Of a DNA stretch of 64,000 nt, positions 38,968-51,813 are shown one piece after another; position 1 is the stretch's first letter, and every line of letters begins with the position of its first letter. The stretch comes from Antedon mediterranea. Lineage: Eukaryota > Animalia > Echinodermata. The translations under genes and the position numbers were made by a program. Location: positions 21,142,001 through 21,206,000 of the forward strand of contig NC_092671.1 of the NCBI RefSeq assembly GCF_964355755.1, read 5' to 3'. The notes beneath the pieces are model-generated. The model was not told where the DNA came from. It did not search any database and saw nothing but the letters and a program-made list of their open reading frames with translations.

Positions 38968-39104
38968 GGCCCGTATTCATGAAAGGGGACTAACTTTAGT
39001 CCTGGATTATCTCTGGATTTAGTCCTGGACTATTTTGAAATGGTATTCATGAAAGGGGACTAACTTTAGTCCTGGACTAAACCTGGACTAAACCTGGACT
39101 AAAA
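38968..39104 (+). mobile_element. Orphan Harbinger-like terminus with sub-terminal repeats
   Basis: GGCCCGTATTCATGAAAGGGGACTAACTTTAGTCCTGGA, mostly duplicated, then (CCTGGACTAAA)3. No partner end seen. Confidence 0.5.
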
Positions 39105-39107
39105 CCG

Positions 39108-40323
39108 TCGTCGTGAGGTGGTTTCCCGAATGATCGTAAAATCAAAACGGTACTGGGTATGACCAACTAGCGTTATTGTCACCGGCTAGTCATCCATTCA
39201 TAGGAGTACTAATGTAGTAGCCTACCTGTACGATGACCATAGAATGTGACCCGAGGCATGACTAACTACGACTTTTAGATGATAGAAAGTTGAGAAAAAA
39301 TGTTACGAGTAGTTGTACGACATGAAGATGTTTATGAAATTATGTCAATAATGTTTACACACTAGCCTAGGCATACAAATAGTAATGTGTGTTAGTAAAA
39401 ATAATTTTGAGTTAATAAGAATAAGATATAAGGAAGAAAAGCAAAGAGACTATGGAGCGGCTGTTCCTGAATATACAATACTAAGTATCGTAGATTTAAA
39501 TTATAAATTTTAGGCGATTTTGTCAAAGGTCAAGCGCCATATAGCCTGCCACGTTTCGATATTCAATATTGAACTTGACCTGACGTGGTTCCATGGTATC
39601 TTTATATGAAAATGGTAGAGTGGATAGAAAATAATTAATTAAAAATTTACCTTAAAATGGTTTTGAACTGAACCGGTGGATGTCTTGTTGTTGTATGGTT
39701 TTAGTTTAAAATACTCTATGTTCGATATTAGTGCGTGTGCGTAATAGAAAGAAATGCTTGCGTACGATGTGCGTGATGCAGAGTTGTACAATAGTGTATG
39801 CTTATAAGTGTATCGTACATAGTAGTAGAAGATCGAAAATATAACATAGGTATATAATATGGTAGAATATGAAAAAGTAGTATAGAATGTAGAAATAGGA
39901 AATGTTTGTTAATTAAAAGAATAGATTTTGAATGTGAGGAATGACTTATGACGGTTAGATCCCACTAGAGATCTATGTCGGCTCCTAGGCCTGTATAATC
40001 GTCGTGAGTTGGTTTCCCGAATGATCGTAAAATCAAAACGGTACTGGGTATGACCAACTAGCGTTATTGTCACCGGCTAGTCATCCATTCATAGGAGTAC
40101 TAATGTAGTAGCCTACCTGTACGGTGACCATAGAATGTGACCCGAGGCATGACTAACTACGACTTTTAGATGATAGAAAGTTGAGAAAAAATGTTACGAG
40201 TAGTTGTACGACATGAAGATGTTTATGAAATGATGTCAATAATGTTTACACACTAGCCTAGGCATACAAATAGTAATGTTTGTTAGTAAAAATAATTTTG
40301 AGTTAATAAGAATAAGATATAAA
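39108..40323. repeat. Near-identical ~325-bp direct repeats with 891-bp period
   Basis: 39108-39432 matches 39999-40323. The second copy stops at TAA exactly where the next Harbinger begins. Confidence 0.85.
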
Positions 40324-40655
40324 GCCTATTTTCCACTAGGCGAATTTGTTCGCGCGAATCGAAAGCGTCATGCTATGCGCATGCGTATTCAAGTTTCTGT
40401 CTGTCATACTCCCTTCTACGACGAATTCTAGTTCCTTTGATTTTTCACTTCAGCGAAATTTACTAGTTTCTACTTTTTGCGAAGCGAAAACTTCTCAACC
40501 AATCACAGAGCTGCTCGAGAAATGAGTTGTCAACAAATCGTCTGGCGGCCCGGCGGATTTCTCAAATTGTTCATACGACCTCGCGCTTTTTTTTTATTAC
40601 AGTATACTATCCGATCTGATTCAAGTGATAGGCCTATTTTTTGAGTCATATTAAT

Positions 40656-41868
40656 ATGGAGTGTAGCGAAATTCTCATGACAATTGAAGATGGTGCTGTA
40701 AAAGATCTAGAAGAGACAGAATTAGGCCTAGGCCAAATACTAATAGGCCAAGGCTATTACGAGTGTGATGAGCAGCAGACTAGGCCTAGGCCTAGGCCTA
40801 GACCTACCGGCACTGGAGCAACAGAAGCAGGCGTCGTAGTCGTCGGGACAGAACCCCAGCCACAGGAGGCATGCAGTCCACCACCAGCAGAGGAGAAAAG
40901 CTTAGGCCTAAGCCTAGGTCTGTTTAACAAAGAACTCTTCATAGAAGAAGTCAGAAAACACAAATGTTTGTGGGAAGTTAACTCTGAAAAGTATAAAAAC
41001 CGTGCAATTAAAGTTAACGCCTGGAAAACAATAGGAGAAATTTTCAATAGAGAAGGTAAAAACAAACTCTAAGTAAACCTAGGCCTAGAGCCTACTAGGC
41101 TACTAGGACTAGGTTAGACTAGGCCTACTACTTGCTAGGCTAGCTATGCTAGGCCTAGGCCCCTATATCTTAATATTAAATTAGTATGCCATGCCTAGAT
41201 AGGTCTAATCTACTAGCCTAGCTAGGCCTAGGCTACTCTATCTAGCAAGCCTACTGGCAGGCAGGCCTATTCGAACATTCCATTTTCAATTTTGGATAAA
41301 TTACTCGCGTGTAGGGCTACAAAAATTAAAGTTAAAGTGTTAATTCGGTATAATTTGTTATATTTTTTTAGTTGAATTCCTTCAGCGACAACTCAAAAAC
41401 CTGAAAGACACACTAAAGAAGTGCCTAAACAAGAGAAATTCAATTATACGGTCTGGGGCAGCCGCTACGTCTTTACCGCAATGCAAGTATTTTGAACAGA
41501 TGAGATTTCTGCATGAAAAAACAGCCAACTAGCCAACTGTCAGCAACTGTCAAGCTACAAGTAGTGGTACTACTGCAAGGCATGCTTCTAATGAAGAGAA
41601 TATTGATCCCTGTGTGTCGACGATACCACAAGTACCGATAAAACGAAAAAAGCAACATGACGAACTTGATACAATGCTAATAAACCAACTGGAAACGACA
41701 TCGGAAGCCATTAATTCTTTGATATCGGGTTCGAATCAACAGGAAGATGAAGTCGCTCTATATTTCAGGAGCCTTATCCCAATTGTTTCAGCATTTGACC
41801 GCCGAAGACAACGACTCGCTATGGTCAAAATAAGCCAATTGCTTTTTGATATAGAATTCGAGGAGTAA
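40656..41868 (+). pseudogene. Harbinger-associated MADF (Myb/SANT-like) + BESS-like protein, two exons, one premature stop
   Basis: Exons 40656-41055 and 41372-41868 (GT-AG, phase 1): FIEEVRKHKCLWE...YKN...AWKTIG...LKNLKD...RSG...KYFEQMRFL; TAG at 41530-41532; C-terminal DEVALYFRSL...MVKISQLLF. Confidence 0.8.
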
Positions 41869-42390
41869 AACAGACATATTTAACATAAGAACTGTTAATA
41901 TGTTACCATTTACTAATAACATTTAATGCGTCTTTGCAAATAATTATATACTGTAAACGAAAACTGTTATTTACATTTCAATTGAATCGGATCGGATAGT
42001 ATACTGTAATTAAAACAAATAATGATTTGTTTAGTGTTATTTATATAGTGCAAATAAGTATTATACTGTATACGTCTACAAAAACCGTTATTTACATTTT
42101 AATTAAATCGGATTGATGTAACAGTATTGATTTCCTTCATATTAAATATTTTCATTTACTTATTTTTAAATTTCGTTATACTGTAAACCGACTGTATTTC
42201 TTTAAGTTCGGTTAACTAATCCCCATTGCTATTGTACAGCGGCAGCAGCATCCTTGGAATAGTTGTTCGAACCTATCCGACGTATCGATTGTAGACCACC
42301 GTGCAAATTAATATCGGTATCTTGCCTCCATTCACTGGCGTTACCCCTGTTGGCCCATCATTGTCAACAAATTGTAATGGGCAATATTTA

Positions 42391-43046
42391 TTACCATTTT
42401 GATGCATTTTGTTTCATTAGGAAATTGTGAAGAACGACAATAGACTGCGTTATGAGCACAACCTTCCGTACTTTGGCAATAATTGGCCTCCTCAGAATGC
42501 GAAATCTGCTTGCAGCTATACCAAAGGTGTTTTCGATGACTCTTCGTGCTCTCGACAGCCTATAGTTAAACACTCGTTGATCAGTTTCTAAATGTGAAGA
42601 AGGATAGGGTTTCATCATATGCTTCTTTAATCCAAAAGCATCGTCTCCAACAAACACACAGGGCAATGTTTTGTCTGAATTTGGGAGCATCTCTCGAGCT
42701 GGAATGTTGAGCAAGTTATTCTCTATAGCATGTCCCAAATAACTACATCCATATACACTACCATCACTCTGACGTCCACTGTCTCCAATGTCTACTAAAG
42801 TAAATTTATAGTTCGCATCACAAACCGCCATAAGTACAATACTAAAGGTTTTCTTGTAATTAAAATATGATGAGCCTGAATTATTAGGTGCTTGCATCAC
42901 TACATGCTTCCCATCTATAGACCCAACACAGTTGGGAAAATTCCATGACTCGAAAAATTCATTAGAAATATCTTTCCACTCTTCCTCTGTTGATGGATGT
43001 TTGATGAAGCCTTTCTCTTTTAGGACTGTCCATATAGCACCACACG
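42391..43046 (-). pseudogene. Harbinger DDE transposase (HARBI1/ALP1-like), N-terminally truncated
   Basis: WNFPNCVGSIDGKH...YFNYKKTFSIVLMA...FVGDDAF...FNYRLSRARRVIENTFG...LHNF. Confidence 0.92.
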
Positions 43047-44737
43047 TCCACCCGATTCTGCTACTGTCCACAGGTGCTATCTGTAAAACTATAGCAAGTT
43101 ATACACGTTGCTGTCTGCTATAAATGCTGTACTTTTAAAACACGGTACACTGTCTGTAGCACAGTGTGTGTTGACAATTTACAATGATGTACAACCATAG
43201 TGTAATATAATGTTGCGTTGTTGAGGTACTAATGAAGACTCTTACTCGCTTGACTGTCGTAACACATATATTGTTTATTCAGTATAATACTTCAGTACAA
43301 TATACAACTATAAGTATAGATAAGGAACGGAGGATCAATGATGCTGTCGGTGAGGTGTGAAGTGTGTAGGTCTGCTTCTGAAGAAGTGGCTGTGAGGTGT
43401 AGATGTTCTTCTGAAGAAGTGGCTGTGAGGTGTGTGCTCCGTGAAGTGGCTGTAAGGTGTGTGCTCCGTGAAGTGGCTGTAAGGTGTGTCTGGGCTCTTC
43501 TGGAACTTGGGAGTATATTGGCCCTCGGTTCATTTACATATGTCACTACGTAATCTTAGAGGTTACTGATTGGTCCTAAGTTGGTCCAGGGGTGTTTAAG
43601 TGGGAATGATTGATCTTATCTGGGGAGGTTACAATGATGAATTGGCCCTGTCGAATCTCTGCTAAAAACTGTCAATATCTAATTGTTTTACGATGGGAAC
43701 AGTCCCAAAGTTATTCTTTAGGGATTCTATTATAAACTAAATGGTCTTTAAAACATCTGGACAAACTCTCCTCTGGACTTTCTGGGTCAAGTTTGTGAAC
43801 CTATTTGAATTCTGATACAAAGGTCAATTTTTTAAATATAACAGTATATCGTTATATTACATCCCTCTGTTTCCTTGTTTTTTTTAAAAAATCTATTTAA
43901 AATATAAAAATGGTTATAATAGTGGCATGCAAATTTAAAGTTATATAAAAGAAAAAAAAACAGTATTATACATAATTATAAGCAAAAGTTGAGTTAGCCA
44001 AAACCATTGACTCTGAAGTGTAACCTTATCACTTTCACTCTCTCTCTTCTCTCTCTTAAAAAAATTAAAATTAAAAATGAATTTGGTATAAAATTCGCGT
44101 AAATCAAACATAAATCAGTTAAAAATAAAATTACAAAACTTAAAAATAGTATGTTACATTGAACATACATCAAATCGTGCGACAACTCATCGCGTTCTAA
44201 TGGTCTTCAAACATAAATCATCAAATTAAAACATAAAACTCAAGAAACTGTGGCTGATTAGCCTAAAATCAAAATATCAAACTTAATCACTTAAAACTTT
44301 AAAGAAACAAATGTGTGTGTCCCGTTGACACAAACTTATCCACAATATATCGTTATCGTCACAACTTTATCGATTTAAGCATTTATATTCACAGGTAATT
44401 ACGATTTCAATCAATCGACAAATTCGACTTTTGTACTCAATGTCAAAAAAATTACAATTAAAAGTACTAAGAAAATCTCCTGTTATTGTATATCAATTAA
44501 TTAATGCTTGAGATTAACGACTCAAAGGTTAAACAAAATATTTGTTACAAAATGCTTGTCGTTCTTTTCAATATCTCAATATATCGATCATCAAAATTCA
44601 AAATTAATCTTTATCAAAAAACTCGTTACAAAATCAATACTTAATCATAATTTCAATTCTCTTTTAACTGAAATCACATCATTACTAAACAAATCTCATC
44701 AAAAATACGTAGACTATGCTATCATTAATTTAGCAAA

Positions 44738-47282
44738 CTAGATGGCACGCTCGCTTCGCTCGCGTACCATCTAGGGGTGCTCACAGATGGTTCTCGAATA
44801 CAGTAGAATCCACGGACGGGGACTTTTTTGGGACACTAAACAAAAACGGAAGTGTCCCCCTAATTGGGGTATTCAGAAATAGAGACAACAAAACCAATAC
44901 TGAATTCCATAAAGGACAATTAATTTATGTGGATTAAAGAAATTAGGGAGAAATGGAAATGTATGTACGGGAATTGGGCGACACGTGGTGGTGGTGATGG
45001 AACCGCAGTAATAAAGTTGATTGTATTTATATATTATAAGAACCAAACTAAATAAATAGACCTAGACATTCTGCGAAATGAAAATCGGAAATGCAAGCTC
45101 CTATTCAGTGAAAAATTAAACTGTAGTCTACCTAAATATTTAGGGCAAATCATCGGTTGTGGTGTTGAAATTCCTGTAAACATTTGTGTGAACCAAACTG
45201 GGTCGAATTTCTGTCATGAGTACTGATTTGTTGGCCTGTGATTTATGACGCCTAAGGGATCTATCTAGACTTATTTTTTAGAATAATGTACGTACCTGTC
45301 AGATACAATTGTCTTGTGTCGTATAATAAATAAGTACTGTAATAGTTACTGAAGTTACTATTACAATCTCGTCAATGAAAACACGAAAATGTATATGCAC
45401 TTACTTATGAAAACGTATACAGTATTATACTCAGTTATTGAAACAGTAGGTTTAAAAGTTTCGTTTGTCTGTAAAATGATGTAATCAAGCTGTTTACATG
45501 AGTCTTAATTTATAAGCACATCAATAATAAAATAGTTTATCTATCCTGTAATTGGCGAGATTATGGTCGCTGTTGAATGAAATAAAGCCAATCGGTATCA
45601 TATTTGTACAGAAACGTTTTCGCGGCCGAAGGGTGTAACCTAAATTCGTTGTATTATCGTCAAGAACTAACTGTAACTAAACTTACATAGAAAGTAGGGT
45701 ATCATAAATTTGGCCTTAGCACTCGGGGGAGTGGCTAAGATGAAGTCCGTGGGACTACTAAATATAAATTGTAATGAACCTCGAGGGACATAAATAGGAA
45801 TATTTCATGTTTCATTATCAATGTATAATAAATGGAAACTGTTTACCGATTCAAATAATAGAAATTGGTTTTTAACATTTTCCGAACCTATTGCAAGTTT
45901 ATTCTCAAAGGGCCTACCGTATGTGTTAAACCAAGGGCTCATAAATTTACCTACAGTACTTGTGTTAAACCAAACTCTGGCAGACTGAGAGATTGGGATG
46001 TTCCATTCATCGCAAATCAATACATTTGTATAATCGTATATTAAATCTATCAAAATAGTATTTTTTAAAGAAAATCGGCCTGTCTTCAACATTATGATGG
46101 TGTACTCTAGCAATCTATCAAAATAGTATTTTTTAAAGAAAATCGGCCTGTCTTCAACATTATGATGGTGTACTCTAGCTGTTCAACCGGTTTTCAGCTA
46201 TTAAAAACAATTATCGTAGGAGGAGATAGGAAAATGCGAAGCCTCCTCGCTATGTAACATTAGGGTTGAGGGATGGGAAAGCGGATAGGTACAAAGAGGA
46301 ACAATTTTTAAATATATTCTTTATCCACTGAGTAACGAAATATTTTGTTCATGTTTTATAGGCCTATAAATAATATACCTCTAAATACAGTAGGCCTAAA
46401 ACATTTGCGATTTAATACTTTGTTAAAACTGTCACTGTCATAATCAATTGAAATATTAAAGTACATGTCACGATACACCACTACGACGTTTATATTTTTG
46501 GTAACTATTAATTAATACAAACGTTGAGAAGGAACTGTCAGTATAAAGTTTATTTGTATATCTAACAGTAGAGCCTATCCACAGTCTCAGTAATAAAGTT
46601 TATTTGTATATATTTTTATATTACATCTAACAGTACGAACATTCACAGTAAGAAATGTTCGATTCAAATGAAAAATAGTTAATAGGTATTTACAGTATTG
46701 TCAAAGTATTGCAAGTTTATTCTCAAAGGGCCCATATATTTACCTACCGTATGTGTTCAAGGGCTCATAAATTTACCTACAGTACTTGTGTTAAACCAAA
46801 CTCTGGCAGACTGAGAGATTGGGATGTTCCATTCATCGCAAATCAATACATTTGTATAATCGTATATTAAATCTATCAAAATAGTATTTTTTAAAGAAAA
46901 TCGGCCTGTCTTCAACATTATGATGGTGTACTCTAGCTGTTCAACCGGTTTTCAGCTATTAAAAACAATTATCGTAGGAGGAGATAGAAAAATGCGAAGC
47001 CTCCTCGCATTTTTTTGGCGGGTATTTTTCAAGACGGACATCCATTAGACAGTGTATACCACGATCGGAAAACACCCCTATTTGGGGCAAATCGTTTAAC
47101 CTAAATTCGTTTTAATCGTCAATAACTAATTATTTAACTCAATTTAATTAGTAAACAGGGTTACATCAGGCGGTTAAAATCAGTACCGAAAGTACGAACC
47201 AACTTTACATACAATCGAGTGAAAATTCTAGAAGTAAGGCGCGATTTACCGAATTTTGCCCTTACGTAAATTTATATATAGA
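44738..47282 (-). mobile_element. Full-length non-autonomous Helitron (2545 bp)
   Basis: Minus strand A|TC ... hairpin ... CTAG|T with no TSD. Hairpin on plus reads CTAGATGGCACGCTCGC-TTC-GCTCGCGTACCATCTAG. Internal duplications: 45890-46250 vs 46710-47010, and a ~67-bp tandem at 46046-46180. Confidence 0.85.
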
Positions 47283-47319
47283 TGTCGTAATTAAAAAAAA
47301 ATTCTTGCAAAAAATTAAA

Positions 47320-47739
47320 TCAGTAACTTGTTGCATTATACAAACGTTTTATGAATCGGTTTGGCGATCCACTTATCGGTATCTGTTTATCATTAATGAT
47401 CTCTTTAATCAATTTCTCTGTATCGTTATATCTGTCAATATTCCACCAAAATTTTCGATCATTAGATTCGTGTTTTGTTTCATCAGTGTTACGTTTGGCT
47501 GAAGTCGGTTTAGAATACGAAACTAAAACTTGGAAATGTCCTGCTTTAAATCTACCTCGGTTTAATGTCATATTTGAATCATTAGGTGCTGTCATAATTA
47601 GATTAGTTTGTTCCTTAATTTCTTCCTCTTTCATTTGGAATGGGGCTGCTAATCTCATGTTATTCTCTACACAGTCAATGTAAGGTTGTACGTTAAGGGG
47701 TTCTACTTTAGTTGGATGTGTAAGGGTATCTGATTGCAA
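47320..47739 (-). CDS. Unassigned 139-aa ORF in the sense orientation of the LTR element interior
   Basis: From the ORF track; non-ATG start; no motif recognised. Confidence 0.25.
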   Translation of the reverse strand: MQSDTLTHPTKVEPLNVQPYIDCVENNMRLAAPFQMKEEEIKEQTNLIMTAPNDSNMTLNRGRFKAGHFQVLVSYSKPTSAKRNTDETKHESNDRKFWWNIDRYNDTEKLIKEIINDKQIPISGSPNRFIKRLYNATSY

Positions 47740-48015
47740 TTGGGTTGGTGTCCTATCATGTTCGTTGACAAATTAAAAATTGTTTTCGTCATTTACTACG
47801 TTAACGGTGTTCTGAATTTTCTCATTATTATCGGTGGGTTTATTCAACAATTATGTTAACAATTTAAAAAACAACGTTAGTGTATATATATAAACTCTCA
47901 CTTTTTCAATCAAGGTTACAAATCAAAAATCAAAATGGTTTTTACTTACCCCAAAGGCTTCGGATCCAATTAAAAATGAATTAAAGGAATGCAAAAAGTG
48001 TTCAAAAATGTTTAA

Positions 48016-51000
48016 GAGCCATTGTCTGTAAGAATCAAAGAAATATCAAAAAGAGTGGCAGACTCAAAAAAATGGATTTCTTTCAAATTTTGTACGTGGC
48101 TATATATGTGTTGAGAGAAATCAAATATGAAGTATTTTTTTTTCACATGTATATTTCCATGGCAACGGCCAAATTTGTGTTTTTGACAAATTTTGTCCTT
48201 TTTTAAGGTTTTTTAAAATGGATATTGGTACTATTTTGATGAATGATATTTTTGTTTTCTTCATTTAATTATAAAAAATAATTAGTGTATGCATAATAAC
48301 AATGCATTGTTTACCTGTTTCAAATTTTTTAATTTTTTTTTATTTCATACTTTGGGAGATACCATTTATTTAAAAAGGGGTGTTTTTCACTTTTTTTAAA
48401 TTGTTCAATGCAACTAAACTTTACTTCACCATAACGCCCAAAGTGGTGTATTTTTTTAGCTGATTTATTACAAATAGGTAGTTCTAATGTTTAATAATTG
48501 ATTTCTAAAATAAAATACTGGGGTAAATTTAAAATCTACAAGCAGTGTTGCGAGAAACATAGGCATTTTTATAAAAAAAAAACATGGTATATTAGTAAAA
48601 CCATTTTATTTTCTTTGATTATTTGATTTGAAACTCATTGGTCAGAAAAATTCTTAATGTTTTATATAGTTCTAGTTGTGTTGTGAGAAAAAAAATTAAT
48701 TTTTAATTATAGATTCTGTAATTCCCAGTTTTAATGTCATTTTATAGGTTATATCCTCTGGAAATTTGAATAAATTATCAGATCGTTGTGAATTTTAATC
48801 TTTGCAACAGATTACTCCTCTCTTATTTTGAAGCTCCTCTTTCATTTGTTTACTTCTTTTATTTACTAACCTAAGCAGATCCCACATGCCCATCCACCAC
48901 CACTTTCGACTACCACCCTCCCTCCGCCCCTTCCCCACCCCGACTATAACCACAAAAAGATAAACTGCAACACTTTGGTCGATCATCCACTATAGAGTAT
49001 CAAATGCATGCATTCAAGCACCACCCACACTGCCGCTGGTATCGCCTTAATGAATAGACGGATTCAAATTCCTCCATTCCACCCCCTCCCCCCTTTCTCC
49101 AAGCCCCCACCCACCCCAACTTAAAAATTGCAATGCAAAAGATAGGACATAAAGTTAAGTTTTTAGACCCTCGCCTTCAACCCCCTAACTATTTAAAAGT
49201 CCTGGATCCACCACTTTCCTCTCCCCAAAATAGAACCAATCAAAAGTCAATGATATACTCATGGTATGTTAATGCTACATAACAAATATTGAAGCCCTGA
49301 TTTGAAATTTCATTTCATTTAAGGTCAGCATGTAAAATATCACACTTTATTATTAAATATTGGTTTTAAATTCTATATTTTTTTACTGTGATGGTTGGAT
49401 TCAGTATTAATTATTAATTAATAATTATCTGATATTTATTTAATTTCCCTTAGTTATACATATCAACAGTTACTATGGTAACTAAAATTGAGATATTCTT
49501 TAGATTTTGCATATTTATCTCATACAAATTTAAATTTGTAGATTATTAGCAGGCATGCCTTATTTGCATTTTCAAATTACCGTTTCACAAGGTCATATTC
49601 GTAAGCACTTTCTTCTGTGATTATTTTTATTCATGAAAACCCCATATTTTATTTACAGCGGCCACCTCCCTTATAACGGACGCACTTTGAAAAGCCTGTT
49701 TGTTCTTCCTATCTAATTAGTGCATTTGGTGCTTACCGTAAGCAGCTGGGGCACCTTTTTATACAAAAAATGAGATTTTTTGTAAGCGGCCAATCGAAAA
49801 ATGTGATACTTATTGCATGGACCTATGAATTAGAGGTGCATGTTTATTGTATTTCTTTATATATTAGCTTTATTTTGAAGAGGTTTTAAAAACATTACCG
49901 TGAAGAGATGAGAAAACTACACAGATTTTGACCGACCCTTTTTCATATGATAAAAGTTTTTAAAATTTGTCTGAAAATGCTAAAAAATACTAAACCACCT
50001 GATTATAAATAATAATAGGCCTACAATTATAAGCGGCCACTTTTCCAGGTCCCGAGGGTGGCCACTTACGGGAGGTTAAACTGTATTTAAAAAAAACAAT
50101 TATCCTTAGGTATGCATAGAAACAGGTTCTAAGATAACATAAATAATACATTTTGACATAACTTGACCCAACAAATGACCCTTTCACAAGGTCAGACATT
50201 TTCTGGGATTCAGTAGATAAGTAAATTTGGGAAAAGATAGTAAAGCTATGTAATCAATTGTTTGTAGTCATGAAACCCCATATTAAAAATATTGTACTTA
50301 GTTACGTATAGAAACAGTTGCTACAATACACTATAGGTAAAATGTTGATGTCATTTGATCTCAATATGTAAAATTTTTTTTTTTCATGAAAACTCCATAT
50401 TTAATTTTTTTTTTAAAATATCATTAGTTACGTAAACAGGTTTAAGATAACACTAAAGGTCATTTTTTTACCTTTATTCAGATTCGTCAAGACTTTCTTT
50501 CTGAGATTATTAGGATTCAGTATTTAAAGTAAATTTGGCAAAAAGTAGAAATGTAAAACTATGTAGAAAAAATGTTTTGTATTTATGAAAAACCCCTTAA
50601 TTTTCACATAGAAACAGTTACTATGGTAAAAAATGAATAAATAATGAATGAATGAATTTACAAGGTCAAGTTTGTCATTAATGGAATGCAGTAGAAGTAA
50701 AATTGAGAAAAATTACAAATGCAATCAATTCTTTGTATTTATAAAAACGCCATTTTTTACGTTTAAAAAAAAAATTACTTTCCTTAGTTACACATAGAAA
50801 TGGTTGCTAAGGTAACACTATAGGTAAAATATGAAAATTGTTGAGAATTGTTATGAACTATCCTGTAAATTTTGATCAAACATTAATAGTTGTAGTAAAG
50901 TGGGGACCTGTCCTGTTTTGCATTCTGACCCCTTTTGACCTCAAATGACCTATTTACAAGGTCAGATTTTTTTGGAGGTCTTTCTGTATCTCTTTACACA

Positions 51001-51813
51001 AAATAGATTTAAAAATTTATAAAAACCATTGACGCAATTATTTCCAAGTTTAACATTATTTGCCAAAAACTAAATATTTCAATGCAAAATACTGTTTTTC
51101 TGGCAATTAATTGAAATAAACCTGGCAACACATTCTCCTATTTTATCTAAACTATTTGTATGACTCTAGTAGCATTATGACAAGCCACATATACATTTTA
51201 TTATTGGATTAGCCATATTTAAATTGTGTTTCATGTGTTTTGTTTGTTGATATTTTGTTATATATTTTGTATTTTTCGTATTTTCCTGGCAACACAAAAC
51301 CTATGTACGAAATTTACCCCAGTGTTTTTTTCGTGATTATTGTTTACACACCTATTTACTATCAAATTAAAAAACCTCATTGATTTAAAAACACCACTTT
51401 GGAAGTTATAGGTACGTTTATGAGGTATACTTTTATAAAAAAAATATTTTTTTAAAACACCCCTTTTTAAAATAATGGTATCAACCAAACTCCATTTTGT
51501 AATTTTTTTTTCTACATTAAATGGAACTTAATACATGTTGTTTACACTGCTATAAACAAAAACTGTATACTGTAAGTATTTTTGGTTAAAATAAGTATAC
51601 AAGTTTGTACTTTTTCACTATAGAAAATCTGTGAAAAATGGCAAAAACATCAAAATTTGGATAATTGACCGTTGTCATGGCAACGGAGGCTAAAAATTAA
51701 AATGAATGTTGTAGATATGCTTTTATTGAAATGTCTATTCATGGTAAAAATTTGAGAGAAATCCATTTTTTTACATCTGCCACAAAATCTTTGATTTTTA
51801 CAGACAATGGCTC
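48016..51813. mobile_element. Non-autonomous Kolobok-like DNA transposon (3.8 kb)
   Basis: TTAA|GAGCCATTGTCTGTAA ... TTACAGACAATGGCTC|TTAA (TTAA TSD, purine-purine termini). Imperfect inverted similarity extends for several hundred bp (e.g. 48350-48390 vs 51455-51490). Confidence 0.85.
49655..50084. mobile_element. Tc1/mariner (pogo-like) MITE remnant inside the Kolobok-like element
   Basis: Right end GGTGGCCACTTACGGGAGGTTAAACTG|TA; recurring AAGCGGCCAC motifs; left end degenerate (TACAGCGGCCACCTCCC). Confidence 0.55.

Larger units (their letters stand above)
40324..43046. mobile_element. PIF/Harbinger element (left part) with convergent MADF-BESS and transposase genes
   Basis: TAA|AGCCTATTTTCCACTAGGCGAA terminus and the two characteristic ORFs. 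Truncated at ~43046; the other TIR was not found in the window. Confidence 0.85.

Noticed and set aside
40656-43071. Domesticated HARBI1/NAIF1-like or ALP1/ALP2-like host gene pair
   Set aside because: A TIR is still present, the MADF gene has a premature stop and the transposase is truncated: a decaying transposon.
43279-43553. Overlapping ORFs in three frames (also 52466-52707)
   Set aside because: Produced by 27-33-bp tandem units inside the LTRs; no protein features.
48016-51813. piggyBac assignment based on the TTAA TSD
   Set aside because: Termini are GA...TC (purine-purine), not the CC...GG typical of piggyBac; this fits Kolobok better.
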